A stretch of 64,000 nucleotides of DNA from a virus. Location: the IMG/VR virus record IMGVR_UViG_3300021478_000002, positions 6,798 to 70,797 of that record; one strand, written 5' to 3'. The notes below the pieces were generated by a model. It saw only the letters and a program-made list of their open reading frames with translations. It was not told the origin of the DNA and did no database searches. A program made the position numbers and the translations under genes. Below are positions 36,784 to 45,403 of this stretch, piece by piece (position 1 is the first letter of the stretch; every line of letters starts with the position of its first letter).

Positions 36784-37704
36784 ATGCCGTTACTCAACAG
36801 CATACTCGAAATCCACAATCTGTCCAGTGGGGCACACCGGGCTTTAATTGGCTTGTTATCGTTCCGAAACAAAGCCAATGGGCAGTGTAATCCGAAGATG
36901 GAGACGCTGGGAGAACGCCTGGGCGGAATCCCCGAGCGCACATTACGCCGCTGGTTGCACGAGCTGCGGCTCGCCGGTGTAGTGTACGCGACCAAACATC
37001 GCGGGTCGAATTCCTACCGGATTAACATTTCCACAGACTGTGAAAAACCGGCTGTGGAAAACGCTCAAGACCGGCCAAAAGTGGCCGCTCAAGACCGGCC
37101 AAAAGTGGCCGCTCAAGACCGGCCAAAAATGGCCGGTCTCAACGCTCGTATCCTTACTGAACAGACAGTATTGAACAGACAGAGGGGAACCGCCGCCGCC
37201 GACGTACACGCTATACGTGTGGAAAAGGCGGCGGCGGCGGCACTGCCCTTGTTTGATGAAATCGAAACCCCAACACCCCAGGCCGAGGCTGAGAAGCTGG
37301 TGGCCGAGCTGATGCCGCAGCACCCGGAGCCGGGCAATTTGCCTAAGGCCATCAACGAAGCTGCAAAGCTCCTGGCCAGCAGGCCGGAGACGCTCACGGC
37401 GACCATCGAGACCCTCCGGCGCAACCACGGGCTCTGGCGGGCGCGCTGGGCCACGTATGCCGCCGGTCGATTCGTGCCGCAGTTGTGGCGCTGGTTTCAT
37501 GACGGCGACTGGGAACATCCGCCGGTGGACCGGAAACCGGTGCAGAGCGAGACGTGGCACGAGCGCCACGAGCGGGAACGCAAGGAATCGGACGAGGAAA
37601 ATTACCGGCGTTATGCCGAGCTAGGTATGTGGTCGGCGCTGCGCGAGTATGGCGGCGATGCTCTTGTGGAGGTATGGCGTGAGAAAGTCAAAGCTGTTGG
37701 ATGA
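36784..37704 (+). CDS. Replication initiator (N-terminal winged HTH, lambda O-like)
   Basis: GQCNPKMETLGERLGGIPERTLRRWLHEL...SNSY; internal iterons. Confidence 0.85.
   Translation: MPLLNSILEIHNLSSGAHRALIGLLSFRNKANGQCNPKMETLGERLGGIPERTLRRWLHELRLAGVVYATKHRGSNSYRINISTDCEKPAVENAQDRPKVAAQDRPKVAAQDRPKMAGLNARILTEQTVLNRQRGTAAADVHAIRVEKAAAAALPLFDEIETPTPQAEAEKLVAELMPQHPEPGNLPKAINEAAKLLASRPETLTATIETLRRNHGLWRARWATYAAGRFVPQLWRWFHDGDWEHPPVDRKPVQSETWHERHERERKESDEENYRRYAELGMWSALREYGGDALVEVWREKVKAVG
37028..37134. repeat. Putative replication origin: three 24-bp iterons plus inverted TTTCCACAG pair
   Basis: GCTCAAGACCGGCCAAAARTGGCC x3 at 37063-37134; TTTCCACAG (37028) / CTGTGGAAA (37052). Confidence 0.75.
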
Positions 37705-38062
37705 TTTTACCTACGACAAGGAAATCGAACGCTTAAGTGCCTTGCCGAAATTCCCGCAGATGCCCGCCGCCCAGAAAGAACTACGTCGGGCGCTGCGGCG
37801 GATTTCGGAGACCGATATCGATTTCCTGCACCGGCTGATCAGCGATGTGATTGATCAGGCTTTCACCTGCCCGACGCCAGCGGACCTGATCAGGATCGCC
37901 GGAGAGAAGCGCGCCCGCGTGCAGACAGCGGTCGGCAACGCCGACTGCGAAATCTGCCACGGCAGCGGCTTCGTGACGACCGAACGGCAGGTTAACATTC
38001 GCGGAGTGGAGCCATACGAAGCGGAATTTGCGGCGCTATGCGCCTGCCGGGGAGGGAAGTGA
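37697..38062 (+). CDS. Replication accessory protein with Zn finger (helicase loader/inhibitor-like)
   Basis: Follows initiator; PTPADL...CEICHGSGF...CAC; no ATPase domain. Confidence 0.55.
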   Translation: MDDFTYDKEIERLSALPKFPQMPAAQKELRRALRRISETDIDFLHRLISDVIDQAFTCPTPADLIRIAGEKRARVQTAVGNADCEICHGSGFVTTERQVNIRGVEPYEAEFAALCACRGGK

Positions 38063-38063
38063 G

Positions 38064-38294
38064 ATGGATTTGAATCCATTCGCCGCCTGGGGCGAATCGG
38101 TGCGCGGCCTCCGTGACCGGTTCACCACTGAGCTGGGCGAGGAGCGGCCATTCTCACCCTACCGGGACGACGTCCTGGATGGGATGGCGGAGATGACCGC
38201 GCTCTGCAAATCTCTCGGCGTCTCGCTGCAACGATTGCAGCAGCACGACGCGAAGGCCTTCGACGCGTTCGTGCGGGCGCTAGAGACCAGTTAG
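38064..38294 (+). CDS. Hypothetical protein
   Basis: GGAGG upstream; followed by terminator. Confidence 0.5.
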   Translation: MDLNPFAAWGESVRGLRDRFTTELGEERPFSPYRDDVLDGMAEMTALCKSLGVSLQRLQQHDAKAFDAFVRALETS

Positions 38295-38320
38295 AGACAG
38301 AAACGGCAGTCGGAACCGCC

Positions 38321-38347
38321 GTTTTTGTACATCCGAAACGCAATGGG
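38321..38347 (+). terminator. Putative intrinsic terminator
   Basis: AAACGGC...GCCGTTT hairpin with T tail. Confidence 0.5.
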
Positions 38348-38448
38348 TAGGAATCGAACATAATGCGCGAAAGCGGTGTATGATTGGCACGCTGGTGACA
38401 GTAATATGAATCCTTCAAGCGGCAGGACACAGGCGAGGGCAAACCGAA

Positions 38449-38919
38449 ATGAAAAAAGATGACGGCGACTTAAATAAATACGCGCAGATGGGGCTCGCGG
38501 CTCTGATCCCCGGCATGCAGCGCATGATTGAACTGATGCAGCACGAGCTGGACATGATGCGCGAGCGACTGACAGGCTTGCAGGAGCCGCGCAAGAAGAC
38601 GGGCCGACCGCCGAAGGCGATTGCCGGAGAGAAGCTGGCGAGCGGCTGGCCCGCCGATCCCGAGGAGCGCAAAGCTGAGGCGAGGCGGCGCATGCAGAAC
38701 CGCGACTCCAAGCGCAGGCAGCGCGCGGCGAAAGCTGCGAAGTCTATGGTGAGTAAAGATTCTCCCGACCACGACAAGTTCCGCAAGAAGATGAAACAGG
38801 CCGCCAAGCGTCGGTGGGCTAACATGAGCTTCAAGGAACGCAAGGCCAAGCTCGCGGCGATGCGGGCCGGAAGGAAACAGAAGAAGGCCCCGGTCCTCAA
38901 ACTGGAGGCAGTATCATGA
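38449..38919 (+). CDS. Highly basic putative nucleic-acid-binding protein
   Basis: Lys/Arg-rich; GRPPK; KMKQAAKRRWA. Confidence 0.6.
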   Translation: MKKDDGDLNKYAQMGLAALIPGMQRMIELMQHELDMMRERLTGLQEPRKKTGRPPKAIAGEKLASGWPADPEERKAEARRRMQNRDSKRRQRAAKAAKSMVSKDSPDHDKFRKKMKQAAKRRWANMSFKERKAKLAAMRAGRKQKKAPVLKLEAVS

Positions 38920-39206
38920 CATTCCCAACGGAAGCGGAAGCGCGCGAATTCATCAGGTCGACGACAATCGACATCAAGATCGAAAAGGTTTCTGTGATCC
39001 CGACAACTCACGGGTACTGGACGATTACCAGCGCCAAAGAATCCGAGCGGCCAGCCAAAACCTGTTCCATCTGCGGGGAGTCATTCCGCGAGTTCAAGAA
39101 TAATGCCCAGCCCATCAACGGCGGCGGCTGCTGTAACTATTGCGATGATCACGTGGTGACGCCAGCCCGGCTCGCACTCTCGCGGCAGCAGAGGGCCAAC
39201 TCATGA
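38916..39206 (+). CDS. Small Zn-finger protein
   Basis: CSICG...NNAQPI..G.CC.YC. Confidence 0.6.
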   Translation: MTFPTEAEAREFIRSTTIDIKIEKVSVIPTTHGYWTITSAKESERPAKTCSICGESFREFKNNAQPINGGGCCNYCDDHVVTPARLALSRQQRANS

Positions 39207-39550
39207 CGCGCCTTTCCAACCGGCAGTGGCCGATGTTGAAGATGCTTTTCGATAACGGCAGCGATGTCTACATGACGCTTGAAGAAGCGGCGCAGTTTGA
39301 TCAAAGACCATTCCGAAGCATGCTGATTCAGCGGTGGTGCGCGTACCGGCCCGGTCGCGGCTTTCATATCACGAAGGAAGGCAAGGCCGCGATGTACGAG
39401 TTCCAGACGACCGACATCGTCCGCAAGAATCCGAACCTGCCGCTGACGGCTTACTTCGATGCGACGGCCTACGGGTTGCACGTGCCCAGGCGCAAGGCCG
39501 CAGCGAAGACGGTGCGTGAGCTGGTCTCTAGCAGTCGGGGTGTCGCTTGA
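39203..39550 (+). CDS. Hypothetical protein (possible winged helix)
   Basis: FHITKEGK motif; ATGA coupling. Confidence 0.55.
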   Translation: MTRLSNRQWPMLKMLFDNGSDVYMTLEEAAQFDQRPFRSMLIQRWCAYRPGRGFHITKEGKAAMYEFQTTDIVRKNPNLPLTAYFDATAYGLHVPRRKAAAKTVRELVSSSRGVA

Positions 39551-40122
39551 CCGATGCCGAACTCCAGGGGATCGCGGCGCAGTCCCTGAACATGGCGAAG
39601 CGCGACCTCGCGCGTGGTAGATTTAACTTCCTGCTTGCCGCCTATAACCTATGCGACACACCGCCGCTGCACCGCATGGACAAGATCGAAGCGCTGGTTA
39701 TCGAACGGCTGGGCGAGAACTGGCTCAATAGCGGCAGGACCAAGAACATCGGCTTTCAGACGCTGCGCATCGCCGTCGATTTGCTGCCGCCCGATGCGGT
39801 CGTCATCGTCACCATGTGCAACGGTTTTTCTCTGACCGCGAAGTTCTGGGAGCTGACTCCGGCGCAGCAAAGGGAGCTGCACAACGCGACTCACGACCGC
39901 CACCACGAAGCCGTCAAAGAGGGCTTGATGGACGTGTGCGACGTTCTGCTGGCGACCGTCCAGACGCCCGAACGGGTGTGTATGTATCAACAGAACCTGG
40001 ACCGGCGTGGGGAGTTCACTGGCAGGCCTGAGACGAAATGTTTTCCGCAAGAAGGGTTCGATGGCCGGTTGAAGATGTACGGGAAACACTATGACCCGGT
40101 GAAGTTTGCGTACGAGGCCTGA
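39547..40122 (+). CDS. Hypothetical protein
   Basis: Coupled 191 aa ORF. Confidence 0.55.
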   Translation: MTDAELQGIAAQSLNMAKRDLARGRFNFLLAAYNLCDTPPLHRMDKIEALVIERLGENWLNSGRTKNIGFQTLRIAVDLLPPDAVVIVTMCNGFSLTAKFWELTPAQQRELHNATHDRHHEAVKEGLMDVCDVLLATVQTPERVCMYQQNLDRRGEFTGRPETKCFPQEGFDGRLKMYGKHYDPVKFAYEA

Positions 40123-40123
40123 T

Positions 40124-40615
40124 ATGCCACTACTCGATGACCAGCACGTGCAGGAATTGCTCAAGCTCGCAGAGCATCACCGGGAGTGTGGCGAGTGCGG
40201 ACACTTCGCCGCGCATGATTATTGCCGTTCCTGCGACGAGTTCTACTGGCTGCACGCGCCCGGCTGCCGCATGTATGAGACGAAGCATTTCGGCCACCGG
40301 CTGACCATTGTGCCGTTCGTGGAGGATCGCGGCGGAGGGGGAGTGCAACCAAAGCAACCCGTGCTCGAATGCATGTTCTTCGCGAACGGCGTCACCGCCG
40401 TCTTTCACGACGGCGAACAGCAGCCGCGATTGCAGCAGTCGTGGCTGGAGTTGTTCGCGGAATTCCTGGAGTCGCACGGGCGCGATCCGCTTGCCTACCG
40501 GCTGATCATGCCCGATGGCAAGAAGGCCAGCTTCTTCCGTACGGAGGATGGCTGGAGCTGGAGATTTTCCCATGAAGGACAAGGACACAAAGAAACCACC
40601 CCGACGTCGAGCTAG
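40124..40615 (+). CDS. Cys/His-rich hypothetical protein
   Basis: CGEC...CRSC...H..GC. Confidence 0.55.
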   Translation: MPLLDDQHVQELLKLAEHHRECGECGHFAAHDYCRSCDEFYWLHAPGCRMYETKHFGHRLTIVPFVEDRGGGGVQPKQPVLECMFFANGVTAVFHDGEQQPRLQQSWLELFAEFLESHGRDPLAYRLIMPDGKKASFFRTEDGWSWRFSHEGQGHKETTPTSS

Positions 40616-40898
40616 CTATACACTATGTGACGAGTTGGAATACTGGATTGGCCGGGAACTGACTCGACGCCGGACTCTCAAATTGCGGCACGCGAGCAAG
40701 AACGAGATTCTGAACGACTGGGGGATGGCATGGGTCAACTACCTCCGGCAATACTACCCTGGACTCTATCCCGCCAATTCCGGTTTAGCCCACCTTGGCG
40801 TGGCGGTCGAAGTGAAGGCGGTAGATCCGGCTGACGAGGCCAAACTCGAACAGTTGCTCGACAACGGCATCGGAGTGGGCTTCCAGAAAATACCATGA
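40572..40898 (+). CDS. Putative ribbon-helix-helix regulator
   Basis: RRASYTLCDEL...SKNEILND pattern. Confidence 0.45.
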   Translation: MKDKDTKKPPRRRASYTLCDELEYWIGRELTRRRTLKLRHASKNEILNDWGMAWVNYLRQYYPGLYPANSGLAHLGVAVEVKAVDPADEAKLEQLLDNGIGVGFQKIP

Positions 40899-41128
40899 GG
40901 CGCGACCCCAAGACGCCGGAAGAGTGGCAGGAAGCCGTCGATGCCGCCGCAGGCGCGCGCGCCATTGCCGATTGCGCGATGTACGGGCTGATCACGGGCG
41001 GCCCCAAGATCAACGTACGGCGCTGTGACGACATCCTGGCACGCGGACGCAAGCGCGGCATCGCGCCGTCGCGCACGGACACGGAACTGGTGGTCGAGCT
41101 GGTCAAGCAGATCAACGCTATGCTTTAA
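40895..41128 (+). CDS. Conserved phage hypothetical protein
   Basis: P.TPEEWQEAVDAA...YGLITGGP.INV.RC. Confidence 0.6.
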   Translation: MRRDPKTPEEWQEAVDAAAGARAIADCAMYGLITGGPKINVRRCDDILARGRKRGIAPSRTDTELVVELVKQINAML

Positions 41129-41129
41129 T

Positions 41130-41182
41130 TTCACCCCAAGCTCTTTGACAACTGCATGTAGTCGTGGCATGATTGACTCATG
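41130..41182 (+). promoter_or_regulatory. Leaderless-type promoter, TTCACCCC family
   Basis: TTCACCCC-7-TTGACA-17-CATGAT-6-ATG. Confidence 0.75.
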
Positions 41183-41422
41183 ACACACAACGGAATCGAA
41201 TACGTGACCAAAGAAGAAGCGGCGGCGCGGTGCAGGGCATTCGCGGCGGCCAACCCCGGCAGCGTGTTTCACAACTATGCACACGACAAAGTGGTCCGTA
41301 CTGCGGACAACCGAACGACGCTGTACGAGTGGAACAAGTTGTACGCGGACGTGGTTAAGAGTAACCCGGAGCTGAAGGGCCTGTGGACCTTGAACACGCG
41401 TTATACCCAGGAGGCCAAGTAG
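41180..41422 (+). CDS. Hypothetical protein (leaderless)
   Basis: ATG at predicted +1. Confidence 0.6.
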   Translation: MTHNGIEYVTKEEAAARCRAFAAANPGSVFHNYAHDKVVRTADNRTTLYEWNKLYADVVKSNPELKGLWTLNTRYTQEAK

Positions 41423-41424
41423 CC

Positions 41425-41679
41425 ATGACGATCACCGACTACATCAACCGCAAGGGCATCGAGGCGCTGCTGGACGACCGCCAGGATCTCTGCAAGGGCC
41501 TGCTGGAGGCCGCCCGCATCGCCATCGGCAGCCGCTGCCCCGAAGGGCACGGCAACGACGAGATCTCGCTCAACGGCGACGGGGAGGCCTTCTGCGCCGC
41601 CTGCGACGAGGTCTACTCGCTGAATGAGGAGGCATGCAAATGCCTGCGGCACCTGGGCTACGACGTGTGGGCGGAGTAG
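41425..41679 (+). CDS. Small Zn-ribbon protein
   Basis: AGGAGG RBS; CPEGH...CAAC. Confidence 0.55.
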   Translation: MTITDYINRKGIEALLDDRQDLCKGLLEAARIAIGSRCPEGHGNDEISLNGDGEAFCAACDEVYSLNEEACKCLRHLGYDVWAE

Positions 41680-41680
41680 T

Positions 41681-41733
41681 TTCACCCCATCGTAATTGAC
41701 AACAACATGCGGATGGTAGATACTTTGAATATG
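41681..41733 (+). promoter_or_regulatory. Leaderless-type promoter, TTCACCCC family
   Basis: TTCACCCC-7-TTGACA-17-GATACT-6-ATG. Confidence 0.8.
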
Positions 41734-42156
41734 AGCACAGCAAAACAGATCAACGCCTACCGCGAGATTCTCCACACGCGCCAGCAAGAGCACCTGCGCA
41801 AGACCTACGGCATGCAGCCGGTTGCCGCCCGCTTCATGGGCAAGTGCGGCTGTGGCCGCATCTTCGGCGAGGGCAGCGGCTGGGCCGCCGGTACGCCCTG
41901 CCGGTTCGACCGGGGCAACCTGATCGCCAAATACAAGGGCGAGGGCTGGTGGAACCTGTCCTGCATCGACACCGCGCGCCAGGATGAGTTCAAGGCCAAC
42001 GCCCGCTACGTCCGTGAGGCACTCAGCCGCAGGGGCTGGGTGGCCTTCGACTGGACGAACGAAGCGCGGCAGGCAGATCTGTGGCGCGAAGAGCTGGAGT
42101 TCGACGCCGAAGCCGCCGCGCGCGAGCGCGTCACCGACCGTCAGGAGGTGAAGTAA
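41731..42156 (+). CDS. Hypothetical protein (leaderless)
   Basis: ARFMGKCGCG motif; ATG at predicted +1. Confidence 0.6.
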   Translation: MSTAKQINAYREILHTRQQEHLRKTYGMQPVAARFMGKCGCGRIFGEGSGWAAGTPCRFDRGNLIAKYKGEGWWNLSCIDTARQDEFKANARYVREALSRRGWVAFDWTNEARQADLWREELEFDAEAAARERVTDRQEVK

Positions 42157-42377
42157 TGAAGCCCGGCGACAAAGTCCAAGTACACACGGATCGCGGCTAC
42201 CGCGACTGCATCGTACTCGAAAGCAAGCCCTACCGGACCTGGGTGGAGTGGCGCTATCAGTTCGACCCGATGCCGCAGTTCGATCCGGCCACCTGGATCT
42301 CCCCCAGCACCGGCGGCTGGGCAGCCTCCCAGTATTTCCGGCCACGGCCCGCAGGGATTTCACCCCAAAATATTTGA
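42156..42377 (+). CDS. Hypothetical protein
   Basis: AGGAGG RBS; MKPGDKV SH3-like start. Confidence 0.55.
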   Translation: MKPGDKVQVHTDRGYRDCIVLESKPYRTWVEWRYQFDPMPQFDPATWISPSTGGWAASQYFRPRPAGISPQNI

Positions 42378-42411
42378 CAACAACATGCGGACGGTAGATA
42401 CTTTGAATATG
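42359..42411 (+). promoter_or_regulatory. Leaderless-type promoter, TTCACCCC family
   Basis: TTCACCCC-7-TTGACA-17-GATACT-6-ATG; near-identical to the 41681 copy. Confidence 0.8.
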
Positions 42412-42684
42412 AACTGCTCACGTCAACACATTCACCGGGCGCTGGACTTCAGCGCCATCAGAAACGCGGACACCGCGATGGCCAACGCCATCCTGGCGCT
42501 GCTGCGCCGCCGCAAGAACGCCCTGCGCGAAAAAGAGATCGCCCGCTGGTTCCGTGCCACGCCCCAGGCCTTTATCTCCGCGACACTGGGCGACATGCTG
42601 CTGCGGGATGACGTCAAGGCCTGCCGCACCTCGCTGAACCGCAACCGCTGCGTTCTGGAATACTACCTGCCGGAGGTGAACTAG
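42409..42684 (+). CDS. Hypothetical protein (leaderless, possible winged helix)
   Basis: ATG at predicted +1. Confidence 0.55.
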   Translation: MNCSRQHIHRALDFSAIRNADTAMANAILALLRRRKNALREKEIARWFRATPQAFISATLGDMLLRDDVKACRTSLNRNRCVLEYYLPEVN

Positions 42685-42686
42685 CC

Positions 42687-42926
42687 ATGATGCACGACGA
42701 TCTGATCGGCGTTAGCTTCCTGCCCAACAACGGCGAGGGCCTCACCCTTCAAGACCTGCTGGAGCTGATCCGCAATTTCCCAGCGAAGGCGCGGCAGAAT
42801 TACGTGCGGGTGAACATGGGCGGCGAGAGCGCCGAAGTCACCGGCATCGCATTCGCCCAATCCGACCAAGCCGAGAAATGGGAGTTCAAGATTTACATCA
42901 CTACCGACTACAAGGAAACCAAATGA
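42687..42926 (+). CDS. Hypothetical protein
   Basis: GGAGG RBS. Confidence 0.55.
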   Translation: MMHDDLIGVSFLPNNGEGLTLQDLLELIRNFPAKARQNYVRVNMGGESAEVTGIAFAQSDQAEKWEFKIYITTDYKETK

Positions 42927-43306
42927 CAGATAACAACGGCATCATTAGAACGGAATTCGACCGCATCCTGGCCAGCCTCAACGGCCTGCCGGATGTGACC
43001 CATACCGCGCCATCCACCATCCGTACCGTGGACTTCATCGGCACCAGCCATACCTTCGTAATCACGACCTATCGGATGAGGGATCGCGGCGACACCGTGT
43101 TTTTGGAGACCATCTCAGGCGATGACAGAGCCCTGCGCCTCGTGATCCCACCGGCGGTCGCGGATGCCATCGTGCGCCAGCGCGATGCCTTGACAACCAA
43201 GGTGCGCCGCAGGATCGGGAAGGCCAGCGCCGAGGCACGCAAGGCGCGCGGCGAGCAGCCCGGCTTCATGAAACACAAAAAGGCGGTGAAGAAACCGGGG
43301 GCCTAA
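42923..43306 (+). CDS. Hypothetical protein
   Basis: AAGGA RBS; ATGA coupling. Confidence 0.6.
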   Translation: MTDNNGIIRTEFDRILASLNGLPDVTHTAPSTIRTVDFIGTSHTFVITTYRMRDRGDTVFLETISGDDRALRLVIPPAVADAIVRQRDALTTKVRRRIGKASAEARKARGEQPGFMKHKKAVKKPGA

Positions 43307-43315
43307 CGCCCCCAT

Positions 43316-43368
43316 TTCACCCCAAACTATTTGACGTCTGCATGCGGACGTGAGAAACTTTGAATATG
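43316..43368 (+). promoter_or_regulatory. Leaderless-type promoter, TTCACCCC family
   Basis: TTCACCCC-7-TTGACG-17-GAAACT-6-ATG. Confidence 0.8.
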
Positions 43369-44343
43369 AACGACACAGCAAACAACACGAACCTGACCGA
43401 AGCCTTCGAGACCACCGTCTGCGGGCGCTGCGGCGGCTGCGGCCAGTACAGCTACTGCCAGATGCATGGCACGGTGTGCTTCGGCTGCTCCGGCAAAGGC
43501 AAGGTCTACACCAAGCGCGCCAACGCGGCCATGGAATACGCCCGCACGCTGCGCACGGTGAAGGTGGAGCAGGTGCAGGTCGGCTGGCTGCTCTGGGAGG
43601 CCGGTGGGCCATTCAGCAAGGCCGGTTGGTTCACGGTTACGGCCATCGGGCAGGATGGCTCGAAGTACCGCACCAGCCCCGACGGCGAGTGGCTGCCCTA
43701 CACCAACTTCACCACCAAGCAGGGCACCATTGGCACCTTCCCCGGCAGTGACGTCCAGGCCGTCGAAAACAAGGCCCGCCTGACCGAAGTGCGCGCCCTG
43801 GCGCTCGCCTACCAAGCCACCCTGACCAAGCAGGGCACGGTGGCACCGGCGGGCTACTTCGAAGCCGAAGCCAAGCGCGAAGCCAAGCGCGCCGCCAAGG
43901 CGGAGGCCGCCCGCATCGCCTACGAGGCCGAGCAGGCCGCCCAGGCCGTCGTCCGCGCCGCGCAGGAAGCCGAAGCCCAGGCCCAGGCCGAAGCGCGCGC
44001 CGCCGAGCTGGAGGCCACCCGCATCGCCAAGCTTGCCACCACCCAGTACGTCGGCACCGTCGGCGAGCGCCGCGAGTTCACCCTGACGGTCGAGCGCACG
44101 GTGCGCTTCGAGTCCTACAAGTACGGCTGGCCCGCCGCGACCCTGTACATCTGCCGCGACGAGCAGGGCAATAAGGTGGTCTACAAGGGCACGGGCAGCT
44201 TCCTGCGCTCTGGCGAGACCGGCACGGTCACGGCGACGGTCAAGGATCACACGGAGTACCGCGACGAGAAGCAGACGGTGCTCACGCGCCCCAAGGTCGC
44301 CCGCCCGGCGGAAGAGGAAGCGGTGGCGGAGGCGGCGCAGTGA
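43366..44343 (+). CDS. Protein with DnaJ-type Zn finger, Ala-rich linker and C-terminal OB-fold-like domain
   Basis: CGRCGG.G...CFGCSGKG; YVGTVGER...ATVKDH.EYRDEKQT.L.RP. Confidence 0.65.
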   Translation: MNDTANNTNLTEAFETTVCGRCGGCGQYSYCQMHGTVCFGCSGKGKVYTKRANAAMEYARTLRTVKVEQVQVGWLLWEAGGPFSKAGWFTVTAIGQDGSKYRTSPDGEWLPYTNFTTKQGTIGTFPGSDVQAVENKARLTEVRALALAYQATLTKQGTVAPAGYFEAEAKREAKRAAKAEAARIAYEAEQAAQAVVRAAQEAEAQAQAEARAAELEATRIAKLATTQYVGTVGERREFTLTVERTVRFESYKYGWPAATLYICRDEQGNKVVYKGTGSFLRSGETGTVTATVKDHTEYRDEKQTVLTRPKVARPAEEEAVAEAAQ

Positions 44344-44519
44344 GCGCCATCATCCGCATGACCCGGTTCGGCAGGATCTGGAAAATCCTGCTGGACTGCG
44401 GTCACACCATGGAGCGCACCCAGGCCGAGATCAAGTTGCAGCAGCTCTACATCGACAAGCGCATCGGGTGCCGGGAGTGCGAGCGCGAGCCGCTCGATTC
44501 CCTGACCATCAGCAAATAG
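44340..44519 (+). CDS. Small L.CGH...CxxC Zn protein (59 aa, below ORF-track cutoff)
   Basis: GGAGG RBS; GTGA coupling; LDCGH...CREC. Confidence 0.55.
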   Translation: MSAIIRMTRFGRIWKILLDCGHTMERTQAEIKLQQLYIDKRIGCRECEREPLDSLTISK

Positions 44520-44604
44520 TCGAAACGGGAATTGACACCGTCACGCGGAGATGGCCTCCCGCGCTTTGAACAAGACAGGCTAAATGAAAAGGAAAAACCA
44601 AACG

Positions 44605-44970
44605 ATGAAACGCATAGCTGTACTCTTGACTGTTCTCACGGTACTGGCGAGCTTCGCCGGTGCTCAGACCATATTCGGCACGCAGACGCGGATCGGAAAC
44701 GCGACCGTTTATTCCGACAGCCGTGGCAACACGGGGACCTCGATGCAGATCGGCAACCAGACCTACGGAACCCACCGTGACGCTTCGGGGACTTATAACA
44801 GCACCCAGACGCAGATCGGCAACCAGACCGTGTACCAGAATTCGCGCGGCACCACAGGCAACACCATGCAGGTAGGCAACCAGAGCTTCAGTACCTACCG
44901 GAACGGAGGAACCACCACGACCTGCACGAGCAATCGCATCGGCAATCAGGTCTTCACCAACTGCCGGTAA
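44605..44970 (+). CDS. Secreted protein with (Q/R)IGNQT repeats
   Basis: Signal peptide MKRIAVLLTVLTVLASFAGA; five IGN/VGN repeats; GC hairpin at 44977-44997. Confidence 0.75.
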   Translation: MKRIAVLLTVLTVLASFAGAQTIFGTQTRIGNATVYSDSRGNTGTSMQIGNQTYGTHRDASGTYNSTQTQIGNQTVYQNSRGTTGNTMQVGNQSFSTYRNGGTTTTCTSNRIGNQVFTNCR

Positions 44971-45167
44971 TCCAAGCGGGGGCCGCAAGGCCCCCCACTA
45001 GAGATCGAAAGGACGAGGTGTTAGAAGCTATCGAAGTTACCGCATTCATTCTGCTGATGATCATGATTTATGTCGGCAAAAAGAAAGGGAAATGGAAGTA
45101 ATCACGAAGAGGACCGGCGGTATCCTGCCGCCGGTGCCTTGCCAAAAGGGCGGGAAGTGAAACTGGT

Positions 45168-45205
45168 TTGACAACGGCATACGGTATTGGGAGGATTAAA
45201 TCATG
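45168..45205 (+). promoter_or_regulatory. Promoter of the same family (variant)
   Basis: TTGACA-17-GAGGAT-6-ATG; the -10 overlaps a possible GGGAGG SD. Confidence 0.55.
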
Positions 45206-45403
45206 ACATCGGACGAGAGAATCGACAAGCTGGCAGAGACAGTGCAGAACCTGGAGCGGGTGGTGCGCCAAGGCTTCGCCGTGCTCACGGAACTGCATGG
45301 TGATACGCAGCGCGAGATGCAGAAAATGGCCAATTCGGTGTCTGCCTTGGCGGATCACATCGCGGACCATAACACGCGGCTGGATAAATTGGAGGGCAAG
45401 TAA
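45203..45403 (+). CDS. Small coiled-coil protein
   Basis: MTSDERIDKL...HNTRLDKLEG heptads. Confidence 0.6.
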   Translation: MTSDERIDKLAETVQNLERVVRQGFAVLTELHGDTQREMQKMANSVSALADHIADHNTRLDKLEGK

